Virus record (IMG/VR): IMGVR_UViG_3300037258_000046
Coordinates: 10,209 to 74,208 of that record
Length of the DNA: 64,000 bases
Origin: a virus
Reading direction: 5' to 3' (one strand)
Position numbers and translations under genes: made by a program
Shown: one piece after another, positions 18,356 through 27,171 of the stretch
Layout of the letters: the number at the start of each line of letters is the position of its first letter
Numbering within the stretch: position 1 is the first letter of the stretch
The notes under the pieces: model-generated
Databases searched by the model: none
What the model saw: the letters and a program-made list of their open reading frames with translations, nothing else
Told to the model about the DNA's origin: nothing

Positions 18356-19150
18356 CTACGCCTCTACCGGCTCGGCTTCGCGCGGCGCCAGCCCGGCCGC
18401 AGCAGCAGCAGCGCCGAACTGCGCCAGATGCAGCTCTTCGACGTACGCCAGCCGCGCGTCGACGGCCGTGTCCGATGCCGTGTCGACCGCGGGCGCGTCG
18501 CCGCGCTTGCGCGCGAACGCGTTGACCAGCTCGATCGCGGTCCCGACCGCCTGCTCCGTGACCGCGACGTCGTCGAGACGCACGTCGGCGCCGGGCTCGG
18601 CGAAGTCGTTGAAGAACGCCAGCTCGCACAGCATCAGCGCGTTCCCGCCGCGGCGCGGCCGCAGCACGCCGAGCTTCTCGCGCGACGTCGAGATCCACTT
18701 CACGACCGCCACGCGGTCGGTCTTGTGCAGCGCTTGCGTGAGCAGCTTGAGCGCCGGGCCCGTGCCGTTGCGCGGCTGAACCCAATACGAGCCGACGATG
18801 CGCTCCGTCGGCACCGATCGGTAGTCGATCGTCTCCAGCACCTCCATCGCCGGATGCGCCTCGACCGACGCCTCCGTGATCGCCGCGAGCCGCTCAGGGT
18901 CGAGCTTGATCACGCGGCTGTCGCTGACGCGCACCGCCTTGTAGACGCCATCTGCGGGCGTCCGCGAGCCGCCGCCGCCGCCGCCCATGGTCGACGTGAC
19001 CGGCACCGCCTCGCCCGTCTCCGGGTCGACCTCGTCGCGAACGTACTCCGTCTTCGGCTCACGGCTGTGCACCGTCTTCGCGAACGAAACCTCAAGCTGA
19101 AAGTCGCCAAATGCGATCGCCGTGTTCCGTGCTCCACGTCCTGCCATCAC
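18356..19150 (-). CDS. ku: Ku-like DNA end-binding protein
   Basis: IAFG...V; SYWVQP; LLTQAL..TDRVAVVKW...REKLGVLRP...LML..LAF match the prokaryotic Ku core. Confidence 0.85.
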   Translation of the reverse strand: MMAGRGARNTAIAFGDFQLEVSFAKTVHSREPKTEYVRDEVDPETGEAVPVTSTMGGGGGGSRTPADGVYKAVRVSDSRVIKLDPERLAAITEASVEAHPAMEVLETIDYRSVPTERIVGSYWVQPRNGTGPALKLLTQALHKTDRVAVVKWISTSREKLGVLRPRRGGNALMLCELAFFNDFAEPGADVRLDDVAVTEQAVGTAIELVNAFARKRGDAPAVDTASDTAVDARLAYVEELHLAQFGAAAAAAGLAPREAEPVEA

Positions 19151-19189
19151 TGCCTCCTGTCTGTCGGGTTGCGCGACAGACTGTAGCAG

Positions 19190-19696
19190 CTACGGGGACG
19201 CCGCGGGCGCCGGGCCGATGCCGACGCGCGCGTTGCAATCCTCGTGCGGCTGGAGCGTGTTGATCAGCGCGACCGTGAACGCGCGCGTGCCCGCGAGCTG
19301 CCTGCTCACCGCCTGCCGCTGCGACGGCGGCGTCTGCGCGATGACCGCCGCGAACTGCTGATTGAGCACCTTGAGCGTGTTCGCGTTGCGCGTGTTCTGC
19401 GCGTTGCACGAGTCCAACCGCGACGCCTGAATCTCCCCGATCGCCTTCTGATTCTGCACGCTCGCGTGCCGCGCGTCGTCGCTCGCATGACGCGCACCCT
19501 CGACGCCCACCGCCGCGAGCGCCACTCCCCCGAGCGCCAGCACCGACACGATCAGCACCCCCCACAGCAGCCGCCGCGAGAGCTGCGCCCACGCGTTGCG
19601 CATGTCGTGGAAGCGCGCATCGAACTCCTCGTGCGTCACATGGCTCTTGGGGTCCCGATCGAACGGCAGAGTGTCATGCGGGGGCATCGTCGTCAC
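19190..19696 (-). CDS. membrane-anchored coiled-coil protein (possible lysis accessory)
   Basis: Single TM segment, then coiled coil with two Cys. Confidence 0.6.
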   Translation of the reverse strand: MTTMPPHDTLPFDRDPKSHVTHEEFDARFHDMRNAWAQLSRRLLWGVLIVSVLALGGVALAAVGVEGARHASDDARHASVQNQKAIGEIQASRLDSCNAQNTRNANTLKVLNQQFAAVIAQTPPSQRQAVSRQLAGTRAFTVALINTLQPHEDCNARVGIGPAPAASP

Positions 19697-19869
19697 GGCC
19701 GTCTCCTCAGATGGTAGAGACACAGCGTCACCACGCACACGATGTAAGCCGCGATCGCCGGGCGCGCCGCGCTCGCGTCGACGCGATACCAGCAGTACAC
19801 GCCGATCGTGCCCGCCGCCGTTAGCAGCGTGATCTTCGCCTGAGTGAACAGCGAGCGCATCGCGCTCAC
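19693..19869 (-). CDS. small two-TM membrane protein
   Basis: Two hydrophobic helices and a basic C-terminus; coupled overlaps. Confidence 0.5.
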   Translation of the reverse strand: MSAMRSLFTQAKITLLTAAGTIGVYCWYRVDASAARPAIAAYIVCVVTLCLYHLRRRP

Positions 19870-20123
19870 CGCTCGCCCTCGGCATCCTCGCCCGGGTGCC
19901 GCGCCTGATGCGTGCGGTCGATCTTCTCGAACACCCGAGCCACGCTGTCCCACGTCTGCCCGGTCGCGACGAGCCCGCCCGAAGCAAAGATCAAATCCGC
20001 GTCCTCGCGACCCGTCACGAACCACAAAACGGCGAATGCGATCAGCAGCGCGAGCCCGATGATCTGGATGGTCCGCGGCGAAAGCGGGCGCGGCGGATCT
20101 CTGCGTGGCGGCTGCGTCGGCAT
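19866..20123 (-). CDS. small membrane protein, holin-like
   Basis: TM segment plus charged C-terminus. Confidence 0.5.
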   Translation of the reverse strand: MPTQPPRRDPPRPLSPRTIQIIGLALLIAFAVLWFVTGREDADLIFASGGLVATGQTWDSVARVFEKIDRTHQARHPGEDAEGER

Positions 20124-20194
20124 TCATCGACTGCGCTCTACGTGAAGGGGACGCACCCCTCCGATCGTACCCGCACGCGCGGGCAGCCCCTAGA

Positions 20195-20455
20195 TCACGC
20201 AGGCGCAGCCGTCGCGCGCTTGCGCTTCGGCTTGCTCGGCGCCGGACCATGCGGCCGCGGCGCACGACGCTCGGCGAACTCCTCGATGTCGTCGCGCGTC
20301 CAGACCGGCGTCCTGCCGACCTTCGCGGGCTCGATCGTGAAGTACCCCGAAGACTGCCAGCGATAGAACGTCATCCGGTCGATGCCGAAGATTGTCGCTA
20401 CCTCGTTGATGCCGACCAGCGGCGGGAGATCCTTCGTCCGCCTCAACCTAGCCAC
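20195..20455 (-). CDS. excisionase/AlpA/MerR-superfamily HTH DNA-binding protein
   Basis: LVGINEVATIFGIDRMTFYRW...PVWTRDDIEEF. Confidence 0.8.
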   Translation of the reverse strand: MARLRRTKDLPPLVGINEVATIFGIDRMTFYRWQSSGYFTIEPAKVGRTPVWTRDDIEEFAERRAPRPHGPAPSKPKRKRATAAPA

Positions 20456-20543
20456 GCCGCATCACCTTCGACGCGAGCCACATCGCCACGAACGGCGCAG
20501 CGGCCAGCGCTCCGTACCACCATGTCGAGAAGTCTCTGTGCAT
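20448..20543 (-). CDS. 31-aa membrane peptide
   Basis: AAGGAG SD and conserved promoter/leader at 20559-20579. Confidence 0.55.
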   Translation of the reverse strand: MHRDFSTWWYGALAAAPFVAMWLASKVMRRG

Positions 20544-20584
20544 CGCCAGCTCCTTAGTCGGGTTGCGCGACACACTGTAGCAGC

Positions 20585-21217
20585 TCAGTCCGCGAGCGCG
20601 AGCCGCGGCTGCTCGCCTTCGGCCGACACGAGCCCGACGGCCTCCGGCAGCGTGAAGATCGACACCTCCGCGCGCGGGCGCCCGAAGTCGACCATCCACA
20701 CGCCGCGCACGAAGCGCTTGTCGTCGAACACGAGAAACTTGTTCAGCGCATCCTCGACGGCGCGCAGCAGCTTCGTCCCGTCACCCGTCTGCCGACGATG
20801 CGGGAACCGCGGCGCCGACGGCTTGAGCACCCCCGCGTTGCGCCCTGTCCCGTAGTGGCTCGCGCTGCGCGCGACGTACGTGTGCAGCACGATCACGAGT
20901 GGCCCGTCGAGCAGCTCGTGGATCTCGCCCAGCTCGACGAGCACAGCGTCGCGCACATCGCCGCGCCACGTCTTGCCCGCAGCGCCGACGTCGTCCTTCG
21001 TGAACGTCACGTAGCGGCCGCCGCGCATGACCGGCTCCTTCTTGCCGGTCGTCGGGTTCTTGCGCATCGCGACACCCGACACCTTCGAGCCCGCGGGCTT
21101 CGCGTCGCCCCATGCCGTGAACGTGATCGCGTGGTCGGTCCCGGCAGGCAGCAGCATGCGCCCGAGCGACTGACGCGCCAGCGACACCTCGTCGACGAAC
21201 TCGCCCTCCTCGATCAC
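20585..21217 (-). CDS. rusA: RusA-family Holliday junction resolvase
   Basis: G..KPAGSK...W....GPL...D.TKLLRAVEDAL.....DD..V. Confidence 0.85.
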   Translation of the reverse strand: MIEEGEFVDEVSLARQSLGRMLLPAGTDHAITFTAWGDAKPAGSKVSGVAMRKNPTTGKKEPVMRGGRYVTFTKDDVGAAGKTWRGDVRDAVLVELGEIHELLDGPLVIVLHTYVARSASHYGTGRNAGVLKPSAPRFPHRRQTGDGTKLLRAVEDALNKFLVFDDKRFVRGVWMVDFGRPRAEVSIFTLPEAVGLVSAEGEQPRLALAD

Positions 21218-21969
21218 GACACCCTCCGATCCGGGCCGCCGAGCTGAATCGACGCGCAGTAGCCGACGAGCCGCGAGACGATCGCCTCGCCGAACGGCTC
21301 CGGCAACCGGGTCGCCAGCTCCGTCGGCGTCGTGTTCATCGTGACCAGCAGCCGCGCCCCGTGGTTCACGCGATTGTCGATCGCCGCCAAGAGCTGCTCC
21401 GCCACGTGCTCCGTCGGGCGCGCCTTATCCAAGTCGTCGAGCACGAGTGCACCGTGCCCCGCCACGAGCGCCATCGCCCGCGCGCGCGCCTCCGTGCCGA
21501 AGCCACTGTCGATCGACGTCACGAGCGCCGACGCCGACGTCCACCGCAAGTTCTCGAACCGCAGCCGATACCACGCCGCCGCCGCCGCCGCGTACGTCTT
21601 GCCACGCCCGACAGCACCCGCCAGCAGCAGCCCCTTCGGCGCGTCCTCGCCGCCCTCAGCCCACAGCCGCACGAGCGCAATCGACCGCTCCCGCCCGACG
21701 GTGTCCAGCTCGTCGAGCTTGATCCGGCGCAACCCGACCGGCAGCCCGCATTCACGCTCGCGGCCCTGCACGAGCGCCGCCATCCGCGCCATCTCCGCCT
21801 CGCGATCCGCGGCCGCCCACGCAGCCTCCGCCTCGACGCGATGCGCCGGGCACCGCCGCGGGATCTTCCGCAAGAACTCGCCGAAGATCCCCTCGTCCTC
21901 GGGCAGTTCGATCTCGACCGCGACACCGCAGTCGACGCACGTCGTCTTGTGGATCGTGGTGGACGTCAT
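21214..21969 (-). CDS. DnaC/IstB-like AAA+ helicase loader
   Basis: Walker A GAVGRGKT, Walker B LVLDDL, IDNR, IVSRL; N-terminal CVDC. Confidence 0.85.
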   Translation of the reverse strand: MTSTTIHKTTCVDCGVAVEIELPEDEGIFGEFLRKIPRRCPAHRVEAEAAWAAADREAEMARMAALVQGRERECGLPVGLRRIKLDELDTVGRERSIALVRLWAEGGEDAPKGLLLAGAVGRGKTYAAAAAAWYRLRFENLRWTSASALVTSIDSGFGTEARARAMALVAGHGALVLDDLDKARPTEHVAEQLLAAIDNRVNHGARLLVTMNTTPTELATRLPEPFGEAIVSRLVGYCASIQLGGPDRRVS

Positions 21970-22760
21970 CAGTCAGTCACCATCGGCTTCTCGTAGGCGC
22001 TCAAGTCCTGCTGACTATGAGCTAAGCGCGTCTGTCGGACGTTACCGTTTGTCGCACGACGCGCGATCTCGCCCATCCGGTCGATCGTCGCATCCGGGCT
22101 CGGCGACTTCCCGCCACCCTTGAGCGCGTAGCTGATGTCGCGGTACTCGTGCTGGACGTGATAGTCGCTCACCGCGAGCCCGTCGATCGCAGCGCAGCAC
22201 TCCACGGTCGTCCGCACCTTGAGCGCGTCGCGGATGATCTTCCGGCGCCGAGCGTCGAGCACGAAGCGACTGCCGAACACCTCCAGGTATGTCGCCCACA
22301 CTGTCGCGATCTGATCCTCGTCGCTTGACGGGGGGGAGGGGGGGGCTTCTTCTTCCTTAGCTCTAGGTAGTTCGGACGTCTCACCTGCGCGCGTGAGTCC
22401 GCCACTTTGGCGGGCTGTCACTCCGCCACTTTGGCGGTTGGCGGGCTCGACTTCGCCAAGTTGGCGGACTCGCTCGATCAAGACCCTGTAGCTCAGCCCG
22501 CGATCCCACGCGTCGCCCTGCTCCGACACCTCGATTAGCTCCAGCTCGCGCAGCTTCGCGAGCACTCGTTCGGTCGTGCGCTTGCTCCAGAACGGGAAGA
22601 TCTCGCGCCACGCCGCGACCGTGTTGCGTACCCATCCGTCGTCGGAGCGCTCGCCCATCCAGAAGACCTGCTGGAGCGCGATCGCCTCGTTCAGCCCGAT
22701 CTCCACGGCGAGCGACGGGATCACCTGTAGCGGCGGCTCAGAGATCAGCAGCTTGCTCAC
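21969..22760 (-). CDS. phage replication initiator (replisome organiser, N-terminal wHTH)
   Basis: MSKLLISEPPLQVIPSLAVEIGLNEAI.LQQ...W...FPFWS..T..R.L..L; adjacent to the DnaC-like gene. Confidence 0.8.
   Translation of the reverse strand: MSKLLISEPPLQVIPSLAVEIGLNEAIALQQVFWMGERSDDGWVRNTVAAWREIFPFWSKRTTERVLAKLRELELIEVSEQGDAWDRGLSYRVLIERVRQLGEVEPANRQSGGVTARQSGGLTRAGETSELPRAKEEEAPPSPPSSDEDQIATVWATYLEVFGSRFVLDARRRKIIRDALKVRTTVECCAAIDGLAVSDYHVQHEYRDISYALKGGGKSPSPDATIDRMGEIARRATNGNVRQTRLAHSQQDLSAYEKPMVTD
22399..22467. repeat. iteron-like repeats, putative replication origin
   Basis: CCGCCACTTTGGCGG at 22399 and 22423; TCGCCAAGTTGGCGG at 22453. Confidence 0.7.
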
Positions 22761-22804
22761 CGGCCCACCCCGGCCCGCGACGACACCGACAGCGATAGCT
22801 GCAT
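22757..22804 (-). CDS. 15-aa leader peptide coupled to the initiator
   Basis: GGAGG SD; MQLSLSVSSRAGVGR; its TGA overlaps the GTG of the initiator. Confidence 0.5.
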   Translation of the reverse strand: MQLSLSVSSRAGVGR

Positions 22805-22828
22805 CTCACCCTCCTGCGATCGAAGTTG

Positions 22829-22858
22829 AAAGGGAGCCGCCAGACCACGACGGCTCCC
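22829..22858 (-). terminator. hairpin terminator/attenuator upstream of the replication genes
   Basis: GGGAGCCG/CGGCTCCC stem followed by TTT. Confidence 0.5.
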
Positions 22859-22864
22859 CACTGC

Positions 22865-23320
22865 TCAGCCCGTCGCGGACGCCGGGTCTGCCGCTGCGTC
22901 GGCGATCGCCTCGACGAACGTCGGGCGAAGCACCTGCCGGATCTTGTAGCCGACGATCCGGCCCTCCTTGCGCTTCACCACGACCTGCGCCGCCGTCGCG
23001 ATCTCGTAGCTGACCATCACGCGGCCCGGACTGTCCGGGTCGATCATGCCCGCGCTGACCGGCACCTCCGCCGACATCAGCGACGCCGTGACCTCGACCG
23101 GCAGGCCCGGCTTGATCAGGTTCTTGAGCGTCTTCTTTGGATCGCCCTCGACCGTCCCGAGCGGGAACAGCTCCTCCTGCTCGTCGTCGTCGGCCATCTC
23201 CGCGATCGACTTGCCGTCAGCCGCCGCGGCTTCTGCGGCTTCGCGGTCTTGGCGCTCCTGCCGCCGCCGCGCTATCTCGTTGTCCGCTGATGTTGCCTCG
23301 TTCTCGTCTTCCACCGTCAT
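22865..23320 (-). CDS. hypothetical protein
   Basis: GAGGAGGA SD fused to GCAACCCG at 23336-23343. Confidence 0.7.
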   Translation of the reverse strand: MTVEDENEATSADNEIARRRQERQDREAAEAAAADGKSIAEMADDDEQEELFPLGTVEGDPKKTLKNLIKPGLPVEVTASLMSAEVPVSAGMIDPDSPGRVMVSYEIATAAQVVVKRKEGRIVGYKIRQVLRPTFVEAIADAAADPASATG

Positions 23321-23532
23321 CGGTGTCTTCCTCCTCGGGTTGCTTGAGATGGACGCGCACCACGGGCCCGAGCCCGGGCACCACGTTCGCCGCGACCGAT
23401 CCGACAGCCTCGATCAGCAGCGCCTTCCTACCTTCCTGCAACAGCTCGCCTTCTGTGACGATCACCACGTCGATGATCGCCACGTCGAGCGGTTCACTGT
23501 ACGCCTCGCCGGGCGCGAGAGTGATCCTCAGC

Positions 23533-23922
23533 TCACCCGTCGACATCGACTTTGCGGCGATCTTCGAGCACCTGCAATGGCTCGTCGACCGTGACCGTCC
23601 CCTTCCACGCCGACCACGCCACCGCGCGGAACTGCCCGGGCACCGCGCCCTCACCCTTGCCGGTATATGACTCGATCGCGAGCGCCTGCGACCGCGCGAC
23701 GACAGGCACCTTCACGCCCGCCACGGCCGCCCACACGCCGTCCTGGAGCAGCGGGAACTCCGCCGAGCGGACGTTCTCGAACACCTCCGTGTAGTCGCTC
23801 ACGGGCTGCACATGCAGCAGCTTCAACACGACATAGCGCGTCGGCTCCGCCTCGGGCTTAGGCTCCTCCTGCTGCGCCTTTCGCGTCCGCTTCGAGCCCT
23901 GCGACCCGTCTGTTTCGGCCAT
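23533..23922 (-). CDS. hypothetical protein
   Basis: GGAGGT SD. Confidence 0.6.
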   Translation of the reverse strand: MAETDGSQGSKRTRKAQQEEPKPEAEPTRYVVLKLLHVQPVSDYTEVFENVRSAEFPLLQDGVWAAVAGVKVPVVARSQALAIESYTGKGEGAVPGQFRAVAWSAWKGTVTVDEPLQVLEDRRKVDVDG

Positions 23923-24451
23923 ACCTCCGCCTTCCTGATTGTGGATAGAGACGCTCCAGGAGCGCCACGAATGGCTCGCCCAGCTCGGCCGCGAACGCGC
24001 GCGCCGACGCCGGAACGTCCTGAGCCAAGAATGGATCGCGCGGCATCGGCGCCTCGTGGTCGACGTGGCACTCCCCGCAGACCGGCGACACGTTGCGCGG
24101 GTCGTTGATCAGCTTCCGCGTCAGCCTGCGCTCCTCGTTCTCGTCGAGCCGCTCCGCGGCCGCGTGACGGCGAAGCGCCTGCTGCGGCACCCAATGGTGC
24201 CAAGACCTCGCGCGTCGCTTCCTGGCGCGCCGCTCGCACCTCACGCAGTACAGCTCGCGCGCCGCGCCCGGCGCTTTGAACTCGACGCGCGCACGCTTCG
24301 CGGGCGCCGCCTGCGCCGGAGCATCGAACGCCGTCGCCGACGGCCGCAGCCTCTTGCCGTACCACGGCTTCAAGCAGTGCGGGCAGAGCTGCTGCCGCGC
24401 GTCGGTAATCCAGATCCCGCCGCAATGCTTGCACCCGGCTGTGACCGTCAC
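23858..24451 (-). CDS. HNH endonuclease-like protein with Zn-fingers
   Basis: CVRC...HH...N..PVC..CH..H. Confidence 0.65.
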   Translation of the reverse strand: MTVTAGCKHCGGIWITDARQQLCPHCLKPWYGKRLRPSATAFDAPAQAAPAKRARVEFKAPGAARELYCVRCERRARKRRARSWHHWVPQQALRRHAAAERLDENEERRLTRKLINDPRNVSPVCGECHVDHEAPMPRDPFLAQDVPASARAFAAELGEPFVALLERLYPQSGRRRYGRNRRVAGLEADAKGAAGGA

Positions 24452-25791
24452 TCGCCGTTACGCCGTCGAGCAGCGCGCGTCCGTGCGCCCTTCCGTGCGC
24501 TGACCGACCGCCGCGTCGCTGCGGCAAGCATCTTCTCCGTCGCCACGACCTCGTCGAGCATCGGCGGCGCGTCCTTCGGGTTGTACGCCTCGAACTTCGT
24601 GACCGACCTCGTGCGATACAGCTTCGTCGGATCGAGCCCCTGCGCGATCGCCTCGCGCATCTCCGCCTCGCTCGGCCTCGTCGTCTGCTGCCGGATCACC
24701 GGGCCCCACAGCCGCGTCCGCTTCGAGTCCTTGATCGCGAGCGGCCCGTGCATATTCGTCCACGGCCGCAGCGACTCGCTCAACCGGCGCTTCACCGCAT
24801 CGACGACGGCGAACATCTTCCCAACGCGCTCGGCCTCCTCAAGCGACGCGATGCGCCCGTCTCGACGCAAGCTCGGCAGGATCGGACAGTGCTCCGGCTG
24901 CGCGCAATTCCAGCAGTGAGATCCCGGCGACGGCTTCCACACGCCCTCTTCGTATGAGCGGTCGAAGCGCTCGACGATCTGCGTGAACTCCGACAGCAGC
25001 TCCGGCATCTTGTAGCGGTGGATCGACGCCTCGCGCGTCGGCTTCTGCGACGTCGACGTCATGTAGCGCACGTACACCTCGCGCAGCGTCACGCGCTGAA
25101 TGCCCGGGAACGTCAAGAACACGAGCAGCGCGTAGAACCGCTGCTGGAAGTAGCCCTCCTCGCTGATCGGCTCGTCGTCCGGGTCAGCGCCGTCCGGGAG
25201 ATCCTCCGCCGCCACCCGCTCCGGCGGCAGACCCCACCCGCTCTTGAAATCCGGCACGATCGCGTGCCACCCGTTGCGCTCGATCAGCAGCAGATCCGGG
25301 CGGCCCGTGATCGTGCGCTGCACCATCAGGTCCCCGGGCGCCGGGTACGGCTTCGCCGGGTACTCGATCACCGCCTCCATGCGCTGCTCGATCCCCGCGA
25401 TGTCTCGCACGTCCCACTCACTCCCGAGCGCCCACGTGATCACACACACCCGCGCTTCGGCGATCCACCGCAGCGGCAGCGGCGCGACGCTGTCCTCGTC
25501 GCCGAGCATCGGCACGTCGGCCTGCCTGATCGTCCGCTCGAACTCCTGAATCGCGATCTCGACCGGGCAGCGCGTCTCGCCCCGCGCCAGCATCAGCCGC
25601 ATGCACCGCGCGATCGTCCGGTGCACGATCGTGCCCGCCGCCGCCGGGAAGCTAGAGAACTGATGATCCTCGAACTGCATCGACCACCGCGCGCTCAACG
25701 GGCACGCGTCGAACGCCGCGAGCTGCGACTGCCGCAGCCTCGGGAACGCCGCCATCGCCCGCGGGAACGGGACCACCTCCGTGCTCGTCAT
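24448..25791 (-). CDS. PD-(D/E)xK exonuclease (Cas4/RecB/AddB-like, Fe-S)
   Basis: CP...GTIVH...E...GRPD...DFKSG...Q...YA...C..C.....C. Confidence 0.85.
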   Translation of the reverse strand: MTSTEVVPFPRAMAAFPRLRQSQLAAFDACPLSARWSMQFEDHQFSSFPAAAGTIVHRTIARCMRLMLARGETRCPVEIAIQEFERTIRQADVPMLGDEDSVAPLPLRWIAEARVCVITWALGSEWDVRDIAGIEQRMEAVIEYPAKPYPAPGDLMVQRTITGRPDLLLIERNGWHAIVPDFKSGWGLPPERVAAEDLPDGADPDDEPISEEGYFQQRFYALLVFLTFPGIQRVTLREVYVRYMTSTSQKPTREASIHRYKMPELLSEFTQIVERFDRSYEEGVWKPSPGSHCWNCAQPEHCPILPSLRRDGRIASLEEAERVGKMFAVVDAVKRRLSESLRPWTNMHGPLAIKDSKRTRLWGPVIRQQTTRPSEAEMREAIAQGLDPTKLYRTRSVTKFEAYNPKDAPPMLDEVVATEKMLAAATRRSVSARKGARTRAARRRNGE

Positions 25792-25802
25792 CGCGCCGGA
25801 GT

Positions 25803-27002
25803 CTAGAAGTCGACTGAATCGTCGCCGCTGCTACGCGGACGCCACCCGAGCGGCACGCCGAGCGTCGTGAGCTGCTGATCGAGCCAATTCAGCTCGTCGA
25901 CCAGCTCGGCGTCCTGCTTCTCGTTCGCGTTCTCGCGCAGCTCGTCGATCGCCGTCAGGCGCTCTAGGAACGGGTGCACCTGCGCACGCCACGTCGCGTC
26001 GCTCTCCCACCGCGCCTGCGCCGCAGTCCAGTCCGCGCCCGTCTCCTCGCCCGCCTCGGGCTCCACGTCGCCGGAGACGGCCTCCTGCGCGCCCTCGACG
26101 CCGTTCTCGGCCATCGCAGCCTCAGCGCTCGGCGACACATCGTCAGCCACGACGACGGCATCCTCCGGCTCGTTCTCGGCAAGCCACTGCTCCAGCTCGC
26201 GCTTCACCTGAGCGAGCTGCACCGGAGTCGCGCCCTGCGTCCTCGCGCGCAGCACGCCCTCCGTGAACGCCGTCGGGTCCAAGTCGCGGATGCGCTCATA
26301 CAGCGGAGCGATCTCCGGATCGAGCGGCTGAAAGTCACCGACGTCGGCGGCGCCAAGGCCACCGCTTGCGCCCGGCAGGTCGAGCCCAGCGCCCAGCTCG
26401 TCGAAGGGCACTGGCCCGGACACGCCATAGGTGATTCGCGTGATGTAGCTCGTCGCGGCTTTGACCATCATCGCGTGCAGAAATGACCATGCCGACCTCG
26501 CAGCGTCTTTGGCGTACTCCGCCCTCGGGGCGTAGAAGTAGCGATCCGGCTTGCCCTGACGGCGCAGGATCGCGTACGCGCCCACGACCTCGCCCCGCTT
26601 GCTCGGGTGGTCGTACTCGTGCACGATCGTGCGCTTGCCGTTCTCGGCGCGCCGAACGCGAAAGACGTCGTTCTCGCACACGACGTCGGCGTCGACGTCG
26701 ATGAAGTGCTCGTCGCGGCGCGCGATCTTGAGGTAGCCATCACGGCCGACCATGACCGCGAGCCTCCCCGGCGCGCCGTTCTTGCCCGGCATCTGCGCCA
26801 GCCAAATCTCGTTCAGCAGCGGATTCAGGTCGAGCGCCGCCGCCTCTTCGAGATAGCGCTGGAGCAGCGCCGTGTCGTTGATCGCGGGCGCGCCAACCGT
26901 GGCGGCAATCGTCGAGACGAGCGCCGGACTAAAAGTGCGCTTCGCCGCGGCGGAGAGACGGACTACGTTCGTGCCCGGAGCGGGCGGAGATTGCGTTGGC
27001 AT
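25803..27002 (-). CDS. bet: RecT/Bet-family single-strand annealing recombinase
   Basis: LNPLLNEIW...VGRDGYLKIA.R...GAYA..R...EY...W...M..K; upstream of the exonuclease. Confidence 0.8.
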   Translation of the reverse strand: MPTQSPPAPGTNVVRLSAAAKRTFSPALVSTIAATVGAPAINDTALLQRYLEEAAALDLNPLLNEIWLAQMPGKNGAPGRLAVMVGRDGYLKIARRDEHFIDVDADVVCENDVFRVRRAENGKRTIVHEYDHPSKRGEVVGAYAILRRQGKPDRYFYAPRAEYAKDAARSAWSFLHAMMVKAATSYITRITYGVSGPVPFDELGAGLDLPGASGGLGAADVGDFQPLDPEIAPLYERIRDLDPTAFTEGVLRARTQGATPVQLAQVKRELEQWLAENEPEDAVVVADDVSPSAEAAMAENGVEGAQEAVSGDVEPEAGEETGADWTAAQARWESDATWRAQVHPFLERLTAIDELRENANEKQDAELVDELNWLDQQLTTLGVPLGWRPRSSGDDSVDF

Positions 27003-27054
27003 CGTGGACTCCGTTCGGGTTGCAGTGCGAGCACCCTAGCAGCCGTGCCAAACG

Positions 27055-27095
27055 AAAAAACGGGCCGCCCGGGGAAGGTGTTCCGGGCGGCCCGT
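27055..27095 (-). terminator. strong intrinsic terminator
   Basis: CGGGCCGCCCGG/CCGGGCGGCCCG stem followed by TTTTTT. Confidence 0.9.
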
Positions 27096-27153
27096 GAGTG
27101 CAGCACCCCGACAATGACCAGTGCAACCCGGACGTAGGAGGGGGCGCCGCTTC
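27055..27153 (-). ncRNA. putative antisense small RNA complementary to the conserved GCAACCCG-SD leaders
   Basis: -10 TATGAT at 27160-27165; 10-bp stem 27141-27150/27100-27109; loop CUCCUACGUCCGGGUUGCAC; terminator at the 3' end. Confidence 0.65.
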
Positions 27154-27171
27154 CTACGCATCATAGCCGCT

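Noticed and set aside
24448-25791. Cas4-like nuclease as part of a CRISPR system
   Set aside because: It is adjacent to bet in the standard phage exonuclease-recombinase arrangement, and there is no array
27110-27141. Plus-strand promoter/leader driving an antisense protein-coding gene
   Set aside because: The -10 position reads GACAAT (lacks the first T) and no start codon follows the AGGAGG at a usable distance; the minus-strand promoter, stem and terminator explain the sequence better
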